Positions 17,782 to 28,700 are shown, counted from the first letter of the stretch. The stretch: 50,780 nucleotides of DNA from Gemmatimonas sp. (GCF_044345575.1 NZ_JBIJAW010000001.1:1-50780); one strand, 5' to 3'. Made by a program: numbers and translations. Notes: a model not told the origin generated them from the letters alone.

Positions 17782-19416
17782 TCAGCGCAAACGCGGATTC
17801 GTCTTGCGCGGCGCCTTCTGGCACGTGGGCCACGCGAAGGCGCCCTGACCACTGCGGCCCGGCGCGATCTGCTCGGCGGTGGCGCGCTCACGCGTGATCT
17901 TTGTGTCGTCTTCGCTCGCGAGATAGGCGAGCATCGCCACCAGCGTCGCGTTGTGCTTCAGCTCATCCCACACGACCTTGTCGTACGTGTCACGGTTGGT
18001 GTGCCAGGTGTAGCTGCCGTACTCCCAGCTCGTGCCGCCCATGCCGAACGCCGGGGCGCCGTAGCAGCCGAAGCTCGCGTCGTCGCTGCCGCCCCCCGCG
18101 GGCGAACCGGGAATGCGCGGCGTGACCACGCTCGTGAACTCCTTCGGCAGCTTCGCCATCCACTGTTGCAGATGCGCGCCGGCATTCGGCAAACCGCCGG
18201 CGCCGATGCTGAGAATGCGCCCCGTACCCGCGTCCTGATTGAAGAGCGCCTGCAACCCTTCGACCACTTCTGGATGATCTTCGGTGTAGGCGCGCGATCC
18301 CACGAGGCCATGCTCCTCGGCGGTCCAGTGTCCCACGATGATCGTGCGCTTGGGCTTGGGGTACACCGTCGTGAGCAGACGGAATGCCTCGAGCATGGTG
18401 AGCGAACCGGTGCCGTTGTCGGTGGCACCGCTCCCGCCGTCGAACGAATCGAAGTGGGCCGACAGCAGCACATACTCGTTGGGCTTCTCGCTCCCCTTCA
18501 GCATGCCGATGGTGTTGAAGATCGGCTGCTCACCTGGCAGCTCGGCATCGAGATTGACGCGCAGCTTCGGTGACTGATTGTTCTCGGTGAGGCGGAACAC
18601 GAGCCCGTAGTCTTCGCACGAGAGCGCGAGCGCCGGCGCGACCGTGTTGTAGGTCTCGAACACGTCGATCGTACCCCACGCGTTCTTGGGGCGCGACGAG
18701 ATCACCCCCGCCACGCCGCCCTGCTCGAGGCGCATACCGAGGCTCCCGGTCCCCAGCGCATTGCTGTAGCCCGTGCCGCGCACGTTCACGCCCCCCCAGT
18801 CACGCTGCAGTTCGGCGCGCATGCTGTCGAGGCGCGCCTTGCTCGCCGGCGTGGCGTTCGCGGTCCAGCTCTCGGTGGGCCGGCAGGTGGGCTGCGGCGC
18901 CGACACGAGCACGAATTTGCCCTTCGCCTGCGGCAACCACTGTACGAACTCGGTGCTGTCGGCGAAGCGTGGCAGGACGACGGTGGTGGCCGTCACATTC
19001 TTCGATTTGGTACCGGGGCTCCAGGCCAGCATCGTGCCCTCGAGGGTCCGCACCCGCGGCGACACGAGATCGATGTGCGAGTGGCCCCGACGCCAGCCGC
19101 GCCAGGTGCCCACCTGCTCGTTCTTCCCCTCGGCCCCCCACTGCTTGTACAGCGAGACGAGCCAGTCGTTGGCCGCCTTCTGACGGGCCGTTCCCGAGAG
19201 GCGCGGTCCCAGCGAGTCGAGCAGCACCTGCCCCAACCGCTGCACCTGCGAGCTGTCCATGCCGAGGCGCCAGAAGCGCTCGAGCGCGGCATTGGGCGCC
19301 GGAAAGGTGGCCGGCGTCTGGGCGCCGAGGGGCTGCGAGGACAGCGGGGCGACCAAGGCGGCGGCCAACGCGGCCACGGCCGCGCGGGGGGCGAAAGACA
19401 TCGTGGGCATGTTCAT
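17782..19416 (-). CDS. Secreted M28 family metallopeptidase (carboxypeptidase Q-like)
   Basis: Signal peptide; LGPRLSGT, SAHFDS, GATDNGTG, WTAEEHGLVGS, SDDASF and WHTNRDT. Start could be 19416, 19410 or 19401. Confidence 0.88.
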   Translation of the reverse strand: MNMPTMSFAPRAAVAALAAALVAPLSSQPLGAQTPATFPAPNAALERFWRLGMDSSQVQRLGQVLLDSLGPRLSGTARQKAANDWLVSLYKQWGAEGKNEQVGTWRGWRRGHSHIDLVSPRVRTLEGTMLAWSPGTKSKNVTATTVVLPRFADSTEFVQWLPQAKGKFVLVSAPQPTCRPTESWTANATPASKARLDSMRAELQRDWGGVNVRGTGYSNALGTGSLGMRLEQGGVAGVISSRPKNAWGTIDVFETYNTVAPALALSCEDYGLVFRLTENNQSPKLRVNLDAELPGEQPIFNTIGMLKGSEKPNEYVLLSAHFDSFDGGSGATDNGTGSLTMLEAFRLLTTVYPKPKRTIIVGHWTAEEHGLVGSRAYTEDHPEVVEGLQALFNQDAGTGRILSIGAGGLPNAGAHLQQWMAKLPKEFTSVVTPRIPGSPAGGGSDDASFGCYGAPAFGMGGTSWEYGSYTWHTNRDTYDKVVWDELKHNATLVAMLAYLASEDDTKITRERATAEQIAPGRSGQGAFAWPTCQKAPRKTNPRLR

Positions 19417-19454
19417 GGGTTGATATGGGACGGAGCTGCCCCGCAGTTTAGTGA

Positions 19455-20696
19455 ATGGATCATCCATCCGCTTTGTTGACGCGGGCGACCGGCGCCCTGC
19501 TGGCCCTTTCCCTCCTGGCCTGTCAGGGCGACGCCACGGCATCCGCGGGCGCCGACGCGTCGCTCGGCGAGGTGACCGAGTTCACCTCCCCCGCCCCGGC
19601 CGGCAGCAACACGCCGCATCTTGCGCTCGACGGTCGTGGTCGCGTGCTGCTGTCCTGGACGCAGCGCCGGCCCGACTCCACGGTCGCCATCCAGATGGCC
19701 ACGTGGGACGGCCAAGCCTGGGACAGCACGCGCACCATCGCCGACAATCGCCAGTTCTTCGTGAACTGGGCCGACTTTCCGGCGATCACCGCGCTCGGTA
19801 ACGGCGACCTCGCCGCGCACTGGCTGGAGCGCGAGGGAGGCGGCAAGTACGCCTACGGCGTGCGCGTGGTACGTTCGACCGACGGCGGCGTAACCTGGGG
19901 CGCACCGGTCACCCCGCACACCGACGGACTCGCCGCCGAACACGGCTTCGTGTCGCTGTGGGGTGAGGGTACCGACGGCATCGGCATGGTATGGCTCGAT
20001 GGCCGCAAGAGCGCGATGCCCGACAGCACCCGGGAGATGACCATTCGCACCGCGAGCGTGTCGGCCACGGGCACGCTCCAGCGCGAGGCCCTCGTCGACG
20101 CGCGCAGCTGCGACTGCTGCCAGACCGGCACCGCCGCCACCCGCACCGGCCGCGTGCTGGTGTACCGCGACCGTACCACCGAAGAGATCCGCGACATTGC
20201 CATCGTGCGGCAGACCGACAGCGGATGGACGGCCCCGCAGAAGGTGCACAACGACGACTGGCACTATCCCGGCTGTCCGGTGAACGGCCCGCAGGTCGCG
20301 AGCAGCGGGGATACGGTGGTCGTGGCCTGGTACACGGCCGCACACGACACGGCCCGGGTGAACGTGGCCCGCTCGGTGGACGGCGGGGCGACCTTCGGGG
20401 CACCGGTGCGCGTCGACGACGGTGACCCCATTGGCCGGGTGGATGTGGTGCTCGACGATGCGGCCAACCCGGTGGTCGTGTGGCTCGAACAACGCGGCCC
20501 CGACGCCGCCGAAGTGCTCGCCCGGCGCATCGTAGGGAACGCCCCGGGGCCCGTCCGTGTCCTATCCCGTACCTCCGGGGCTCGCCAAAGCGGGTTCCCG
20601 CGCATTACCCGTCATGCCAACGACGTCGTGGCGGCCTGGACCAGCGTGAACCCGCTGCAGGTCCATGTCGCCCGATTCTCTCTCTCCTCCAAATAG
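19455..20696 (+). CDS. Sialidase-like/BNR beta-propeller lipoprotein
   Basis: Lipobox LSLLAC; Asp-boxes RSTDGGVTW and RSVDGGATF; motifs FFVNWADFP, SCDCCQT and GCPVNGP. Confidence 0.8.
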   Translation: MDHPSALLTRATGALLALSLLACQGDATASAGADASLGEVTEFTSPAPAGSNTPHLALDGRGRVLLSWTQRRPDSTVAIQMATWDGQAWDSTRTIADNRQFFVNWADFPAITALGNGDLAAHWLEREGGGKYAYGVRVVRSTDGGVTWGAPVTPHTDGLAAEHGFVSLWGEGTDGIGMVWLDGRKSAMPDSTREMTIRTASVSATGTLQREALVDARSCDCCQTGTAATRTGRVLVYRDRTTEEIRDIAIVRQTDSGWTAPQKVHNDDWHYPGCPVNGPQVASSGDTVVVAWYTAAHDTARVNVARSVDGGATFGAPVRVDDGDPIGRVDVVLDDAANPVVVWLEQRGPDAAEVLARRIVGNAPGPVRVLSRTSGARQSGFPRITRHANDVVAAWTSVNPLQVHVARFSLSSK

Positions 20697-20702
20697 TTCC
20701 CG

Positions 20703-22460
20703 ATGATTTCCCTTCCGTCGCGCCGGCGTGTCGCCATCGCTTTGGCTCCGTTGTGCCTCGCCGCCGTGTCGCATGCCGACGCCCAGGACGCCCCGAAGAA
20801 GCAGGCGGTAGACGCGGGCAAGAGCGCCGGCGTGAACAGCTCGCCGTTGCCGCTCAAGCTCGAGCCGCGCCCCACCTCCGGTGCGATCACCACGCAGGAC
20901 CTGATGACGCGCCTCTACATCTTCGCCGACGACTCGCTCGCCGGCCGCGATGTGGGAACCGAGGGGCACTACAAGGCCACCACGTATATCGCCGGTGAGC
21001 TCAAGCGCCTTGGCCTCAAGCCCATGGGCGACAGCGGCACGTACTTCCAGACGCTGCCCCTCAAGACCCGCAAGGTTGACCGCATGTCGAGCTTCGTGGC
21101 GGGTGGCACCAATCTCGCGCTCGGCCAGACCTGGGGCTTCAGCGGCAGCGGCAACATCACCATCGACGATGCCGAAGTGTTCTTCGCCGGCCCACTGCCG
21201 GAAGAGGGGATGCCGACGGTGACCCCCGAGCAGGCCAAGGGGCGCGTGGTGGCGTACAGCATCACCGGCAACCCGGCGCTCCAGCGCTCGGTCGTGGGAC
21301 GCGTGGAAGCGCCGGCCGGCAGCGTGGGCGTGCTGTTCCTGCTCCCGGTGCAGGCCCGCGGCGTGCTTGGCTACGTGCTGCAGGGCGGGCTGTCGCCGGT
21401 CGACCCGAACGCGCCGCGCGATGCGCGCCTGTTCGTGACCGACTCGGCCACCATGCGCATCTTCGGCAGCGGCATGCAGATGCTCGTGCCCGGGGCCCTG
21501 GGCGCCAAGGTAAACGTGAAGGCGCTGGTGGACATGCAGTCGCCCGCCTTCGCGGCCCGCAACGTGGTGGCGATGATCCCCGGCAGTGACCCGAAGCTTG
21601 CCACGCAGTACGTGGCGATCGGCGCGCACAGCGATCACGTGGGCACGGCGCGTCGCGCCATCGACCACGACTCGGTACTGGTGTTCAACCGCATCGTGCG
21701 CCCCGCCGGCGCCGAGAACGATGACAAGATGGGCACCGCCGACCAGTTCACGCAGATCAACGCCGAGCTGGCCGAACTGCGCAAGACGCAGCCGGCGCGT
21801 CGTGACTCGATCTTCAACGGCGCCGACGACGACGGCTCAGGCTCGATGGCGGTGCTGGAAATCGCCGAATATCTCGCCACGCAGAAGGTGAAGCCCAAGC
21901 GCAGCACGCTGTTCGTGTGGCACGCCGGTGAAGAGAAGGGGCTGTGGGGATCGGCGCACTTCACCGAGTACCCCACGGTCGCGCGCGACAGCATCGTGGC
22001 GCAGCTCAACATGGACATGGTGGGCCGCGGCAGCGCGACCGACCAGACTGGCATGAGCGCCGAGGGCAAGGAACTGCGCGGCGGCCCCGACTACCTGCAG
22101 CTCGTGGGCTCGCGTCGCCTGAGCACGGAACTCGGCGATCTCGTGGAGAAGGTGAACACCACGAAGAAGCACAATTTCACCTTCGACTACGCGATGGACG
22201 CCAACGGCCATCCGATGAACATCTACTGCCGCAGCGATCACTACGAGTATGCGAAGTGGAATATCCCGGTGACCTTCTTCACCACCGGCGGACACTCGGC
22301 GTACCATCAGCTGACCGACGAGCCGCAGTATATCGATTACCCGCATATGCAGCGGGTGTCGCGCCTCGTGGCGGATATCGCGACGGCGCTCGGGAATGGC
22401 GCGAGCCGGCCGAAAGTAGATGGCACGAAGATGGATCCTCGGGGTTCGTGCAAGCAGTAA
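20703..22460 (+). CDS. Secreted M28 family metallopeptidase
   Basis: Signal peptide; GAHSDH, NGADDDGSG, HAGEEKGLWGS, LNMDMVGR, RSDHY and YHQLTDE. Confidence 0.9.
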   Translation: MISLPSRRRVAIALAPLCLAAVSHADAQDAPKKQAVDAGKSAGVNSSPLPLKLEPRPTSGAITTQDLMTRLYIFADDSLAGRDVGTEGHYKATTYIAGELKRLGLKPMGDSGTYFQTLPLKTRKVDRMSSFVAGGTNLALGQTWGFSGSGNITIDDAEVFFAGPLPEEGMPTVTPEQAKGRVVAYSITGNPALQRSVVGRVEAPAGSVGVLFLLPVQARGVLGYVLQGGLSPVDPNAPRDARLFVTDSATMRIFGSGMQMLVPGALGAKVNVKALVDMQSPAFAARNVVAMIPGSDPKLATQYVAIGAHSDHVGTARRAIDHDSVLVFNRIVRPAGAENDDKMGTADQFTQINAELAELRKTQPARRDSIFNGADDDGSGSMAVLEIAEYLATQKVKPKRSTLFVWHAGEEKGLWGSAHFTEYPTVARDSIVAQLNMDMVGRGSATDQTGMSAEGKELRGGPDYLQLVGSRRLSTELGDLVEKVNTTKKHNFTFDYAMDANGHPMNIYCRSDHYEYAKWNIPVTFFTTGGHSAYHQLTDEPQYIDYPHMQRVSRLVADIATALGNGASRPKVDGTKMDPRGSCKQ

Positions 22461-22472
22461 CCCGCACGGAGG

Positions 22473-22555
22473 GCTGAAGACTGAGAGCTGAAAGCTCCCC
22501 CGGAGATCCCGTGATCTTCAGGGGAGCTTTCAGCTTTCGGTCATCAGCTGTCGGT
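22473..22555. repeat. Heptamer-arm hairpin element, copy 3 (overlaps the stop of the four-helix-bundle gene)
   Basis: gctgaag actgaga gctgaaa gctcccc cggagatc ccgt gatcttca ggggagc tttcagc tttcggt catcagc tgtcggt. Confidence 0.85.
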
Positions 22556-22927
22556 AAGTCGCCTTACCGGTCCCTGGTCGTCCATCACCCGCTTTCGTAG
22601 GGTGGTGAGCATCCGACGGACCTGCACGACCTCATCGATTAGAGGGCCAGCCTGATCGAAGCTCAGAGCGCCAATCCGCCACGCGAAGTCGAGATGATTC
22701 TCAGTCTCGGATGCCGACGCGATCGCTATCGAGAGAAAATGCGCGAATTGCCGCGCCGAATCACGAACCGCCCCCTCGGCGATGTTGGCCGCAATCGACT
22801 GTGAGGAACGGCGCATCTGGTTGCGCCATGAAGCCTGCCCAGCAGGAACCGATTCCGACACCAGATGCACCCGGGCCGCCAGACGCTGCGCCCGCTGCCA
22901 GACCTGAAGGTTCCGAAAATTCTGCAC
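22544..22927 (-). CDS. Four helix bundle protein (23S rRNA-IVP/TIGR02436-like family)
   Basis: [10 protein letters not shown]...[17 protein letters not shown]...[19 protein letters not shown] is the family signature. GTG start at 22927. Confidence 0.88.
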   Translation of the reverse strand: MQNFRNLQVWQRAQRLAARVHLVSESVPAGQASWRNQMRRSSQSIAANIAEGAVRDSARQFAHFLSIAIASASETENHLDFAWRIGALSFDQAGPLIDEVVQVRRMLTTLRKRVMDDQGPVRRLTDS

Positions 22928-23053
22928 GGCCCCACCATAGCGAGCCGCGGCGGCACCGACGGTACCCTTTTCTTGCCGCCGGGACCAATCCAACGCACTC
23001 CCTCCCCTCCCCCATTACCTTTCGAGGCTGCACCCAAACCCAATCCCGCTTTT

Positions 23054-24154
23054 ATGCTTCGCCTCGGTATCGTCGGTCTCCCGAACGTCGGCAAATCCAC
23101 GCTGTTCAACGCGCTCACGGCGGCCAAGGCCGAAGCGGCGAACTATCCGTTCTGCACCGTCGAGCCCAACGTCGGCATGGTGGAAGTGCCCGATCCGCGG
23201 CTCGACAAGCTCGCGGAGATCGTGCAGCCCAAGCGCACGGTGCCGGCCGTCGTGCAGTTCGTGGACATCGCCGGGCTCGTGAAGGGCGCGTCGCAGGGTG
23301 AGGGGCTGGGAAACAAGTTCCTCCAGAACATCCGCGAGACCGACGCGATCGTTCACGTCATCCGCTGCTTCGCCGACGACGACGTGACGCACGTGATGGG
23401 GCAGCCTGACCCGGCGCGCGACAAGGAAATCATCGAGCTCGAGCTCGCGCTCTCCGATCTCGCGCAGGTGGAGAAGCGCCTCGACAAGGCGCGCCGCGCG
23501 GCGAAGGCCAACGACAAGGAGGCGCTGGCCGAACTGCCGGCGCTCGAAGCGGCCAACGCGGCGCTCTCCGAGGGGAAGCCGCTGTGGCGTGCGGGACTGT
23601 CGGCCGATGAGCTCGAGAAGCTCGCCGGGCTGCAGCTGCTCACCGCCAAGCCGGTGCTGTACGCGGCGAACGTGACCGACGCCGAGCTGTCGGGCGACGA
23701 GGGCGCGTACCTCAAGGCGCTGCGCGCGGCCGTGGCCGCCGGCGGCGAGAACGCGCAGATCGTCCCCTTCTCGGCCAAAATCGAAAGCGAACTGGCGGAA
23801 CTCAGCGCCGAGGAGCGCGTCGAATTCCTGTCGTCGCTCGGCATCGAGAGCGCCGGGCTCGACCGGCTCATTCGCGCCGGCTACTCGCTGCTCGGCCTCG
23901 ACACGTATTTCACGGCCGGCGAGCAGGAAGTGCGCGCCTGGACCATTCACAAGGGCGACACCGCTCCCAAGGCGGCCGGTGTGATTCACACCGATTTCGA
24001 GAAGGGCTTTATCCGCGCCGAAACCGTGAGCTACCCCGACTTCGTCGCGCACAGCGGCTGGAAGGGCGCGAAGGAAAAGGGTGTGGCGCGCTCGGAAGGC
24101 AAGGAGTACATCGTGCAGGACGGCGACGTGCTGCTCTTCCGCTTCAACGTCTGA
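23054..24154 (+). CDS. ychF: Redox-regulated ATPase YchF (Obg family)
   Basis: [42 protein letters not shown] and [11 protein letters not shown]. Confidence 0.96.
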   Translation: MLRLGIVGLPNVGKSTLFNALTAAKAEAANYPFCTVEPNVGMVEVPDPRLDKLAEIVQPKRTVPAVVQFVDIAGLVKGASQGEGLGNKFLQNIRETDAIVHVIRCFADDDVTHVMGQPDPARDKEIIELELALSDLAQVEKRLDKARRAAKANDKEALAELPALEAANAALSEGKPLWRAGLSADELEKLAGLQLLTAKPVLYAANVTDAELSGDEGAYLKALRAAVAAGGENAQIVPFSAKIESELAELSAEERVEFLSSLGIESAGLDRLIRAGYSLLGLDTYFTAGEQEVRAWTIHKGDTAPKAAGVIHTDFEKGFIRAETVSYPDFVAHSGWKGAKEKGVARSEGKEYIVQDGDVLLFRFNV

Positions 24155-24210
24155 CCACGGGGAATCGCACCCGCCGCACCTTTTTCCGTGCTGGCGGGTA
24201 CCCACAGCGT

Positions 24211-25017
24211 ATGGCGCGCGTCGTCCCCACCCTCCCGCTGACCGTGCTGGCCGCCGTGTTTGTGGCTTCGGCGGCCAACCTCGACGGCCAGACCGCCGCG
24301 TTCGCTCAGGCGTTCGCTCAACCGTCCGCTCCGCAGCCGGTCTCCGTGGCCGGCCCGGCGCCGGTGCCCTTCGCGGTCGGCGAACGCCTCGACTACGAGG
24401 TCAGGTTCGGCGCGCTCAAGGTAGGCACCGGCAGTATGGCGGTGAAGGAACTCACCGAGGTCCGCGGCCGTCCCGTTTGGCACACCGTGTTCACCATCCG
24501 GGGTGGCATTCCGCTGTACCGGGTGAACGACGTGTACGAAAGCTGGTTCGACGTGAACACGCTCAACTCGCTCCGCTACCATCAGGACGTGGATGAAGGG
24601 AGCTACGAGCGGAAGCGTCGCTACGAGATCTTCCCCGAGCGCGGCATGTTCAGGGAAGGTGACAAGGACGAAGAGCCCACCGTCGCCAACCCGCTCGACG
24701 ACGGGTCGTTCCTCTACTTCGTGCGCACGCTCTCTCTCGAGGTGGGGAAGAGCTACGAGTTCCCGCGCTACTTCAAGGCGCAGGGGAACCCGGTGCGCAT
24801 CCGCGTGCTTCGCCGCGAGACCGTGACCGTGCCCGGCGGTACGTTCAAGACCGTGGTGCTGCAGCCCACGTTTCAGACCAAGGGCATCTTCAGTCAGAAC
24901 GGCCGTGCCGAGGTGTGGATCACCGACGACGATCGCCGCATGATGGTGCAGATGAAGTCGAAGCTGAGCTTCGGCAGTCTGAACCTCTATTTGCTCCAGG
25001 CAAGCGGGACGAAGTAG
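24211..25017 (+). CDS. DUF3108-like secreted/periplasmic beta-rich protein
   Basis: Signal peptide; PFAVGERLDY, ETVTVPGGTF and VWITDDDRRM match my recollection of DUF3108. Confidence 0.7.
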   Translation: MARVVPTLPLTVLAAVFVASAANLDGQTAAFAQAFAQPSAPQPVSVAGPAPVPFAVGERLDYEVRFGALKVGTGSMAVKELTEVRGRPVWHTVFTIRGGIPLYRVNDVYESWFDVNTLNSLRYHQDVDEGSYERKRRYEIFPERGMFREGDKDEEPTVANPLDDGSFLYFVRTLSLEVGKSYEFPRYFKAQGNPVRIRVLRRETVTVPGGTFKTVVLQPTFQTKGIFSQNGRAEVWITDDDRRMMVQMKSKLSFGSLNLYLLQASGTK

Positions 25018-25026
25018 CGCGGAGCG

Positions 25027-25710
25027 CTACACCAGCGGCGCGGCGCACTCCGGGACATCGTTCACCGGCGCATTCACCATGCGACTCACCCGATACGCGT
25101 GCATCGCGCCGGCGTATGGCCGAATGAGCCCCTGCAGCACCGACGGAGCCGTTGCCGGGTCGAGCCACGTGTCGTAGTCGGCGGGTGACAGCATCACCGG
25201 CATGCGGTCGTGAATGGGCCGCATGGTGTCGTTCGGCTCGGTGGTGATCAGACAGCAGGTCACCAGCGGCGGCGCCTCGGGCTCATTCTTGGGCGTCCAC
25301 GACTCCCAGAGAGCAGCCATGGCGAACGGCTCGTCGCCGGGGAGCCGTATACACCAGGGCTGCTTGATCTTGGCGCCTTCGAGCGGTTGCCACTCGTAGA
25401 ACAGATCGGCGGGCATGAGCCCGCGCCGCCGCGCGAAGGCGGCGCGAAACGAGGGCTTCACGGAGACCGTGTCCCCCCGGGCGTTGGCGAGGCGGTTACC
25501 GATGGACGGATCGTCCGCCCAGAACGGGACCAGGCCCCACCGCGCCATCAGCGCCTCACGGCCGACCGGGGTCTCGCGGATCAGCGGGACGTGTTGCGAC
25601 GGCGTGACGTTCCAGCGCGCTGCCAGCTCGGGAAGCGACGCCGCGAGATCGACACCGAGGGGAAGCTCGGCGAGGCGCATCGGGTTCCCGAATCCATAGC
25701 GACCGCACAT
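25027..25710 (-). CDS. SOS response-associated peptidase (SRAP; YedK/HMCES-like abasic-site protector)
   Basis: N-terminal MCGRY (catalytic Cys2), WGLVPFW, NARGDT, FYEW and IHDRMPV. Confidence 0.92.
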   Translation of the reverse strand: MCGRYGFGNPMRLAELPLGVDLAASLPELAARWNVTPSQHVPLIRETPVGREALMARWGLVPFWADDPSIGNRLANARGDTVSVKPSFRAAFARRRGLMPADLFYEWQPLEGAKIKQPWCIRLPGDEPFAMAALWESWTPKNEPEAPPLVTCCLITTEPNDTMRPIHDRMPVMLSPADYDTWLDPATAPSVLQGLIRPYAGAMHAYRVSRMVNAPVNDVPECAAPLV

Positions 25711-25741
25711 GGCGTGAAAGATACCACGTGCGACGCCGAGG

Positions 25742-28700
25742 CTATGGCACCACCGTGATCACGACCGTCGACGAGACCGTGGTCGGGGCAAAGCTGCCAT
25801 TGCTCGGCGCCGTGGCCGTCACCGTGATGTTGACGGTTCCCGCCGCGACGGCGCTGACGACACCCGTCGGCGACACCGTTGCCACAGCCGGATCCGACGA
25901 GGTGTAGGTCACCGTGGCGGTGGGGGCACCGGTTGGCTGCGTCACCGTCGGCGTGAGCGTCCGCGTCTGGCCCACGGTGACCGTGGCCGAACTTGGCGAC
26001 ACGGTGAGACTCGTGATCGCGGCCGGTGCTGGGAGCACGGTGATCGTCGCCGTGCCGACGATCCCTTCGACCGTGGCGGTGATCGTGGCCGTCCCGGGCG
26101 CCACGCCGGTCACCAGTCCGCTCGTGTTCACGACCGCGGCCGCCGCATTCAACGTGGCCCAGCTGATCGTGCGCCCCGTGAGCGCCTGTCCCGCCGAATC
26201 GCGGGCGATGACCACCAGCTGCTGCGATGCCCCCGCCAAAATGCTGGCCTCGGTCGGTGCGACACTTACTGACGCGACCGGTACCGCCGTCACCGTGACC
26301 GTGACCGTGGCCGTGCGCGATGCGGCAGAGAACCCGGTATTGCCAACGGCGGTGGCCGTGACCGTGATCGTTGCGGTCCCCGGCCCGACCGCGAGGATGA
26401 GCCCGGCCGTCGACACGGTGGCCACGCTCGGTGCCGTCGTGCCGAAGGTCACCGACGCGGTGGGGGCTCCGGATGGCTGTGAGACGACCGGTGCGACGCT
26501 CGAGGTTTTCCCTACGAGCAGACTGACCGCGGTCGGTGAGACGGAGACCGAGGTGACCGACGTTGGTAGCGGCGAGACCGTGACCGACATGGTTCCGGGG
26601 ACGCCGCCCACCGTGGCCGTGACCGTCACATTCCCCACGGCCACCGCCGTGACGAGGCCCGTCGCGCTGACGGTCGCGACGGCCGGGTTCGAGCTGCTCC
26701 ACGCCACGGTTCGTCCGGTGAGGTCGGCACCGGTGGAATCCCGCACGGTCGTAGCCAACTGTTGGGTGCTACCGGGCATCAGCGCGGCCGTGCCCGGCGT
26801 CACCTGCACGCTGGCGACCGCGGCGGAGACCGACACGGCCACCAACTCGGACATCGTCGCCGCCGCGAAGTTGGTGTTCCCAGGCGCGGTCGCGGTCACC
26901 GTAATCGTGGCCGTCCCCGGCGCAACGGCGGTAATCACCCCGGCGGTCGACACGCTGGCGACCGCGGGGTTGGTCGTCCCGTACGTCAGCGTCGCAGCTG
27001 GCGCCCCAGCGGGGCGTACGACCGTCGGGGTGACGGTGCGGGTCTGGCCTGCGATGAGGCTGTGTGAGTTCGGATTGACCGTGAGGCTGGTGACCGCAGC
27101 GGGGAGCGGCCCCACGGACACGAGGGCGGTAGCCTGCGCCCCCTCCACGTTCACGGTGAGGGTGGCGGTCCCCACCGAGACCCCCGTGACCAACCCGGTC
27201 GCACTGATGGAGGCCACCGCCGTATTCGACGAGGTCCACGTCGCGACCCGCCCGGAAAGCGGAGCACCGACGGAATCGCGCACGGTCATCGCCAGTTGCT
27301 GCGCCACCCCGACGACGAGATTGACCGTTCCGGGGGTCACCTGCACGGATGCCACGGGCACCGGCAGCACGATCACCTCGATGGTCGCCGTCTGCGTCGC
27401 CGCCGCGAAGTTGCTGTTGCCCGCCACGGCGGCCGTCGCCGTGATCTTCGCCGTTCCCGGGCCAACGGCCGTAATGACGCCGGTGGCCGAAACCGTCGCG
27501 ACCGACGGCATGACCGATCCGAAGGTCACCGTGGCCACCGGGGCGCCCGTCGGCTGATCGACGGTGGTGGTCACCGCGCGCATGCGGCCGGCGAACAGCA
27601 CCACGGTATCTACCGAGACCGTGATCCCGGTGAGCGCCGGGGGCAGCGGCACCACCGTAAGGCCGGTGCTCGCTTCGACCCCTTCGACGGTGGCGGTGAT
27701 CGCAATGGTGCCGGGCGCGACCGCGGTGACAAGCCCGGTCGCCGAAATGGTCGCGATCGCCGGATCGGAGACGGACCAGCTGACGGGGCGTCCCGTGAGC
27801 GCCGTCCCCTGTGCATCACGGGCGGAGGCGGACAGCTGCAGCGTCCGGCCGACGAAGAGGTTCGCGTTCCCTGGCGCGACGGCCACCGTGGCGACCGGCC
27901 GCACCACGACGACGGTCGCGGTCGCGTCCACGCCTTCAACGGTGGCGGTCAGATTGGCGCTGCCCGCGGCGACGGCCGTCACGACACCGCTGGCACTGAC
28001 CGAGGCCACGGCGGGGTTCGACGATGCCCACACCACCGCGCGTCCCGTGAGCGGGGCCCCCTTTGTGTCGCGTGCGGCGGCGGACACCTGCTGCGTGCCT
28101 CCGACCGGGAGCGAGAGCGCCGCAGGCGTCACCAGCACCGAGGTGACGGGATCGACGACGGTGATGGTCGCCGTCCCGGAGATCCCTTCTACGGTGGCCG
28201 TGATGGACGCCGACCCATTCGCGACGCCGGTGACGGTGCCGTCGGCGCTCACGGTAGCGATCGTCGGCGCCGAACTACTCCACGTCACGGAGCGACGCTC
28301 GGTGAGGAGCGCGCCGGCCGTGTCTCGTATAGTTGGTGTCAGGACCTCCGTCCGACCGCGCGGGACCCGGAGGCTGGCGGGCGCCAACGTCACCGACGCC
28401 GCCCGATGAATGACGACCAAGGTGGCTTCGGCGACCCGCCCCCCCGACTCCGCCAGGATGGTGGTCGTTCCGGCGCCGACCGCCGTGACCAGACCGGCCG
28501 TCGACACGGTGGCGACTGCCGGGTTGACCGAGGACCACGCAATCGGACGCCCGGGGAGGACGACACCGGCGGTGTTGCGCACGGTAGCCGTCAACGATCG
28601 CCGGTCGCTGATGAACAAGGCGGAGCTGCTCCCCGAATCGATGGTCACGCTCCCTACGGGCTGCGACGAGACGGTGACCACCGCCGAATCGGACTGCCCG

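Noticed and set aside
8651-22555. Heptamer elements as CRISPR repeats or IS ends
   Set aside because: No regular repeat-spacer array, cas or transposase gene, and no evident target-site duplication.
22544-22927. Four-helix protein as part of a diversity-generating retroelement or 23S rRNA intervening sequence
   Set aside because: No reverse transcriptase, TR/VR pair or rRNA gene in the window.
25027-25710. SRAP gene as a marker of a prophage or mutagenesis cassette
   Set aside because: No phage genes, imuABC/umuDC or recognisable LexA box nearby.
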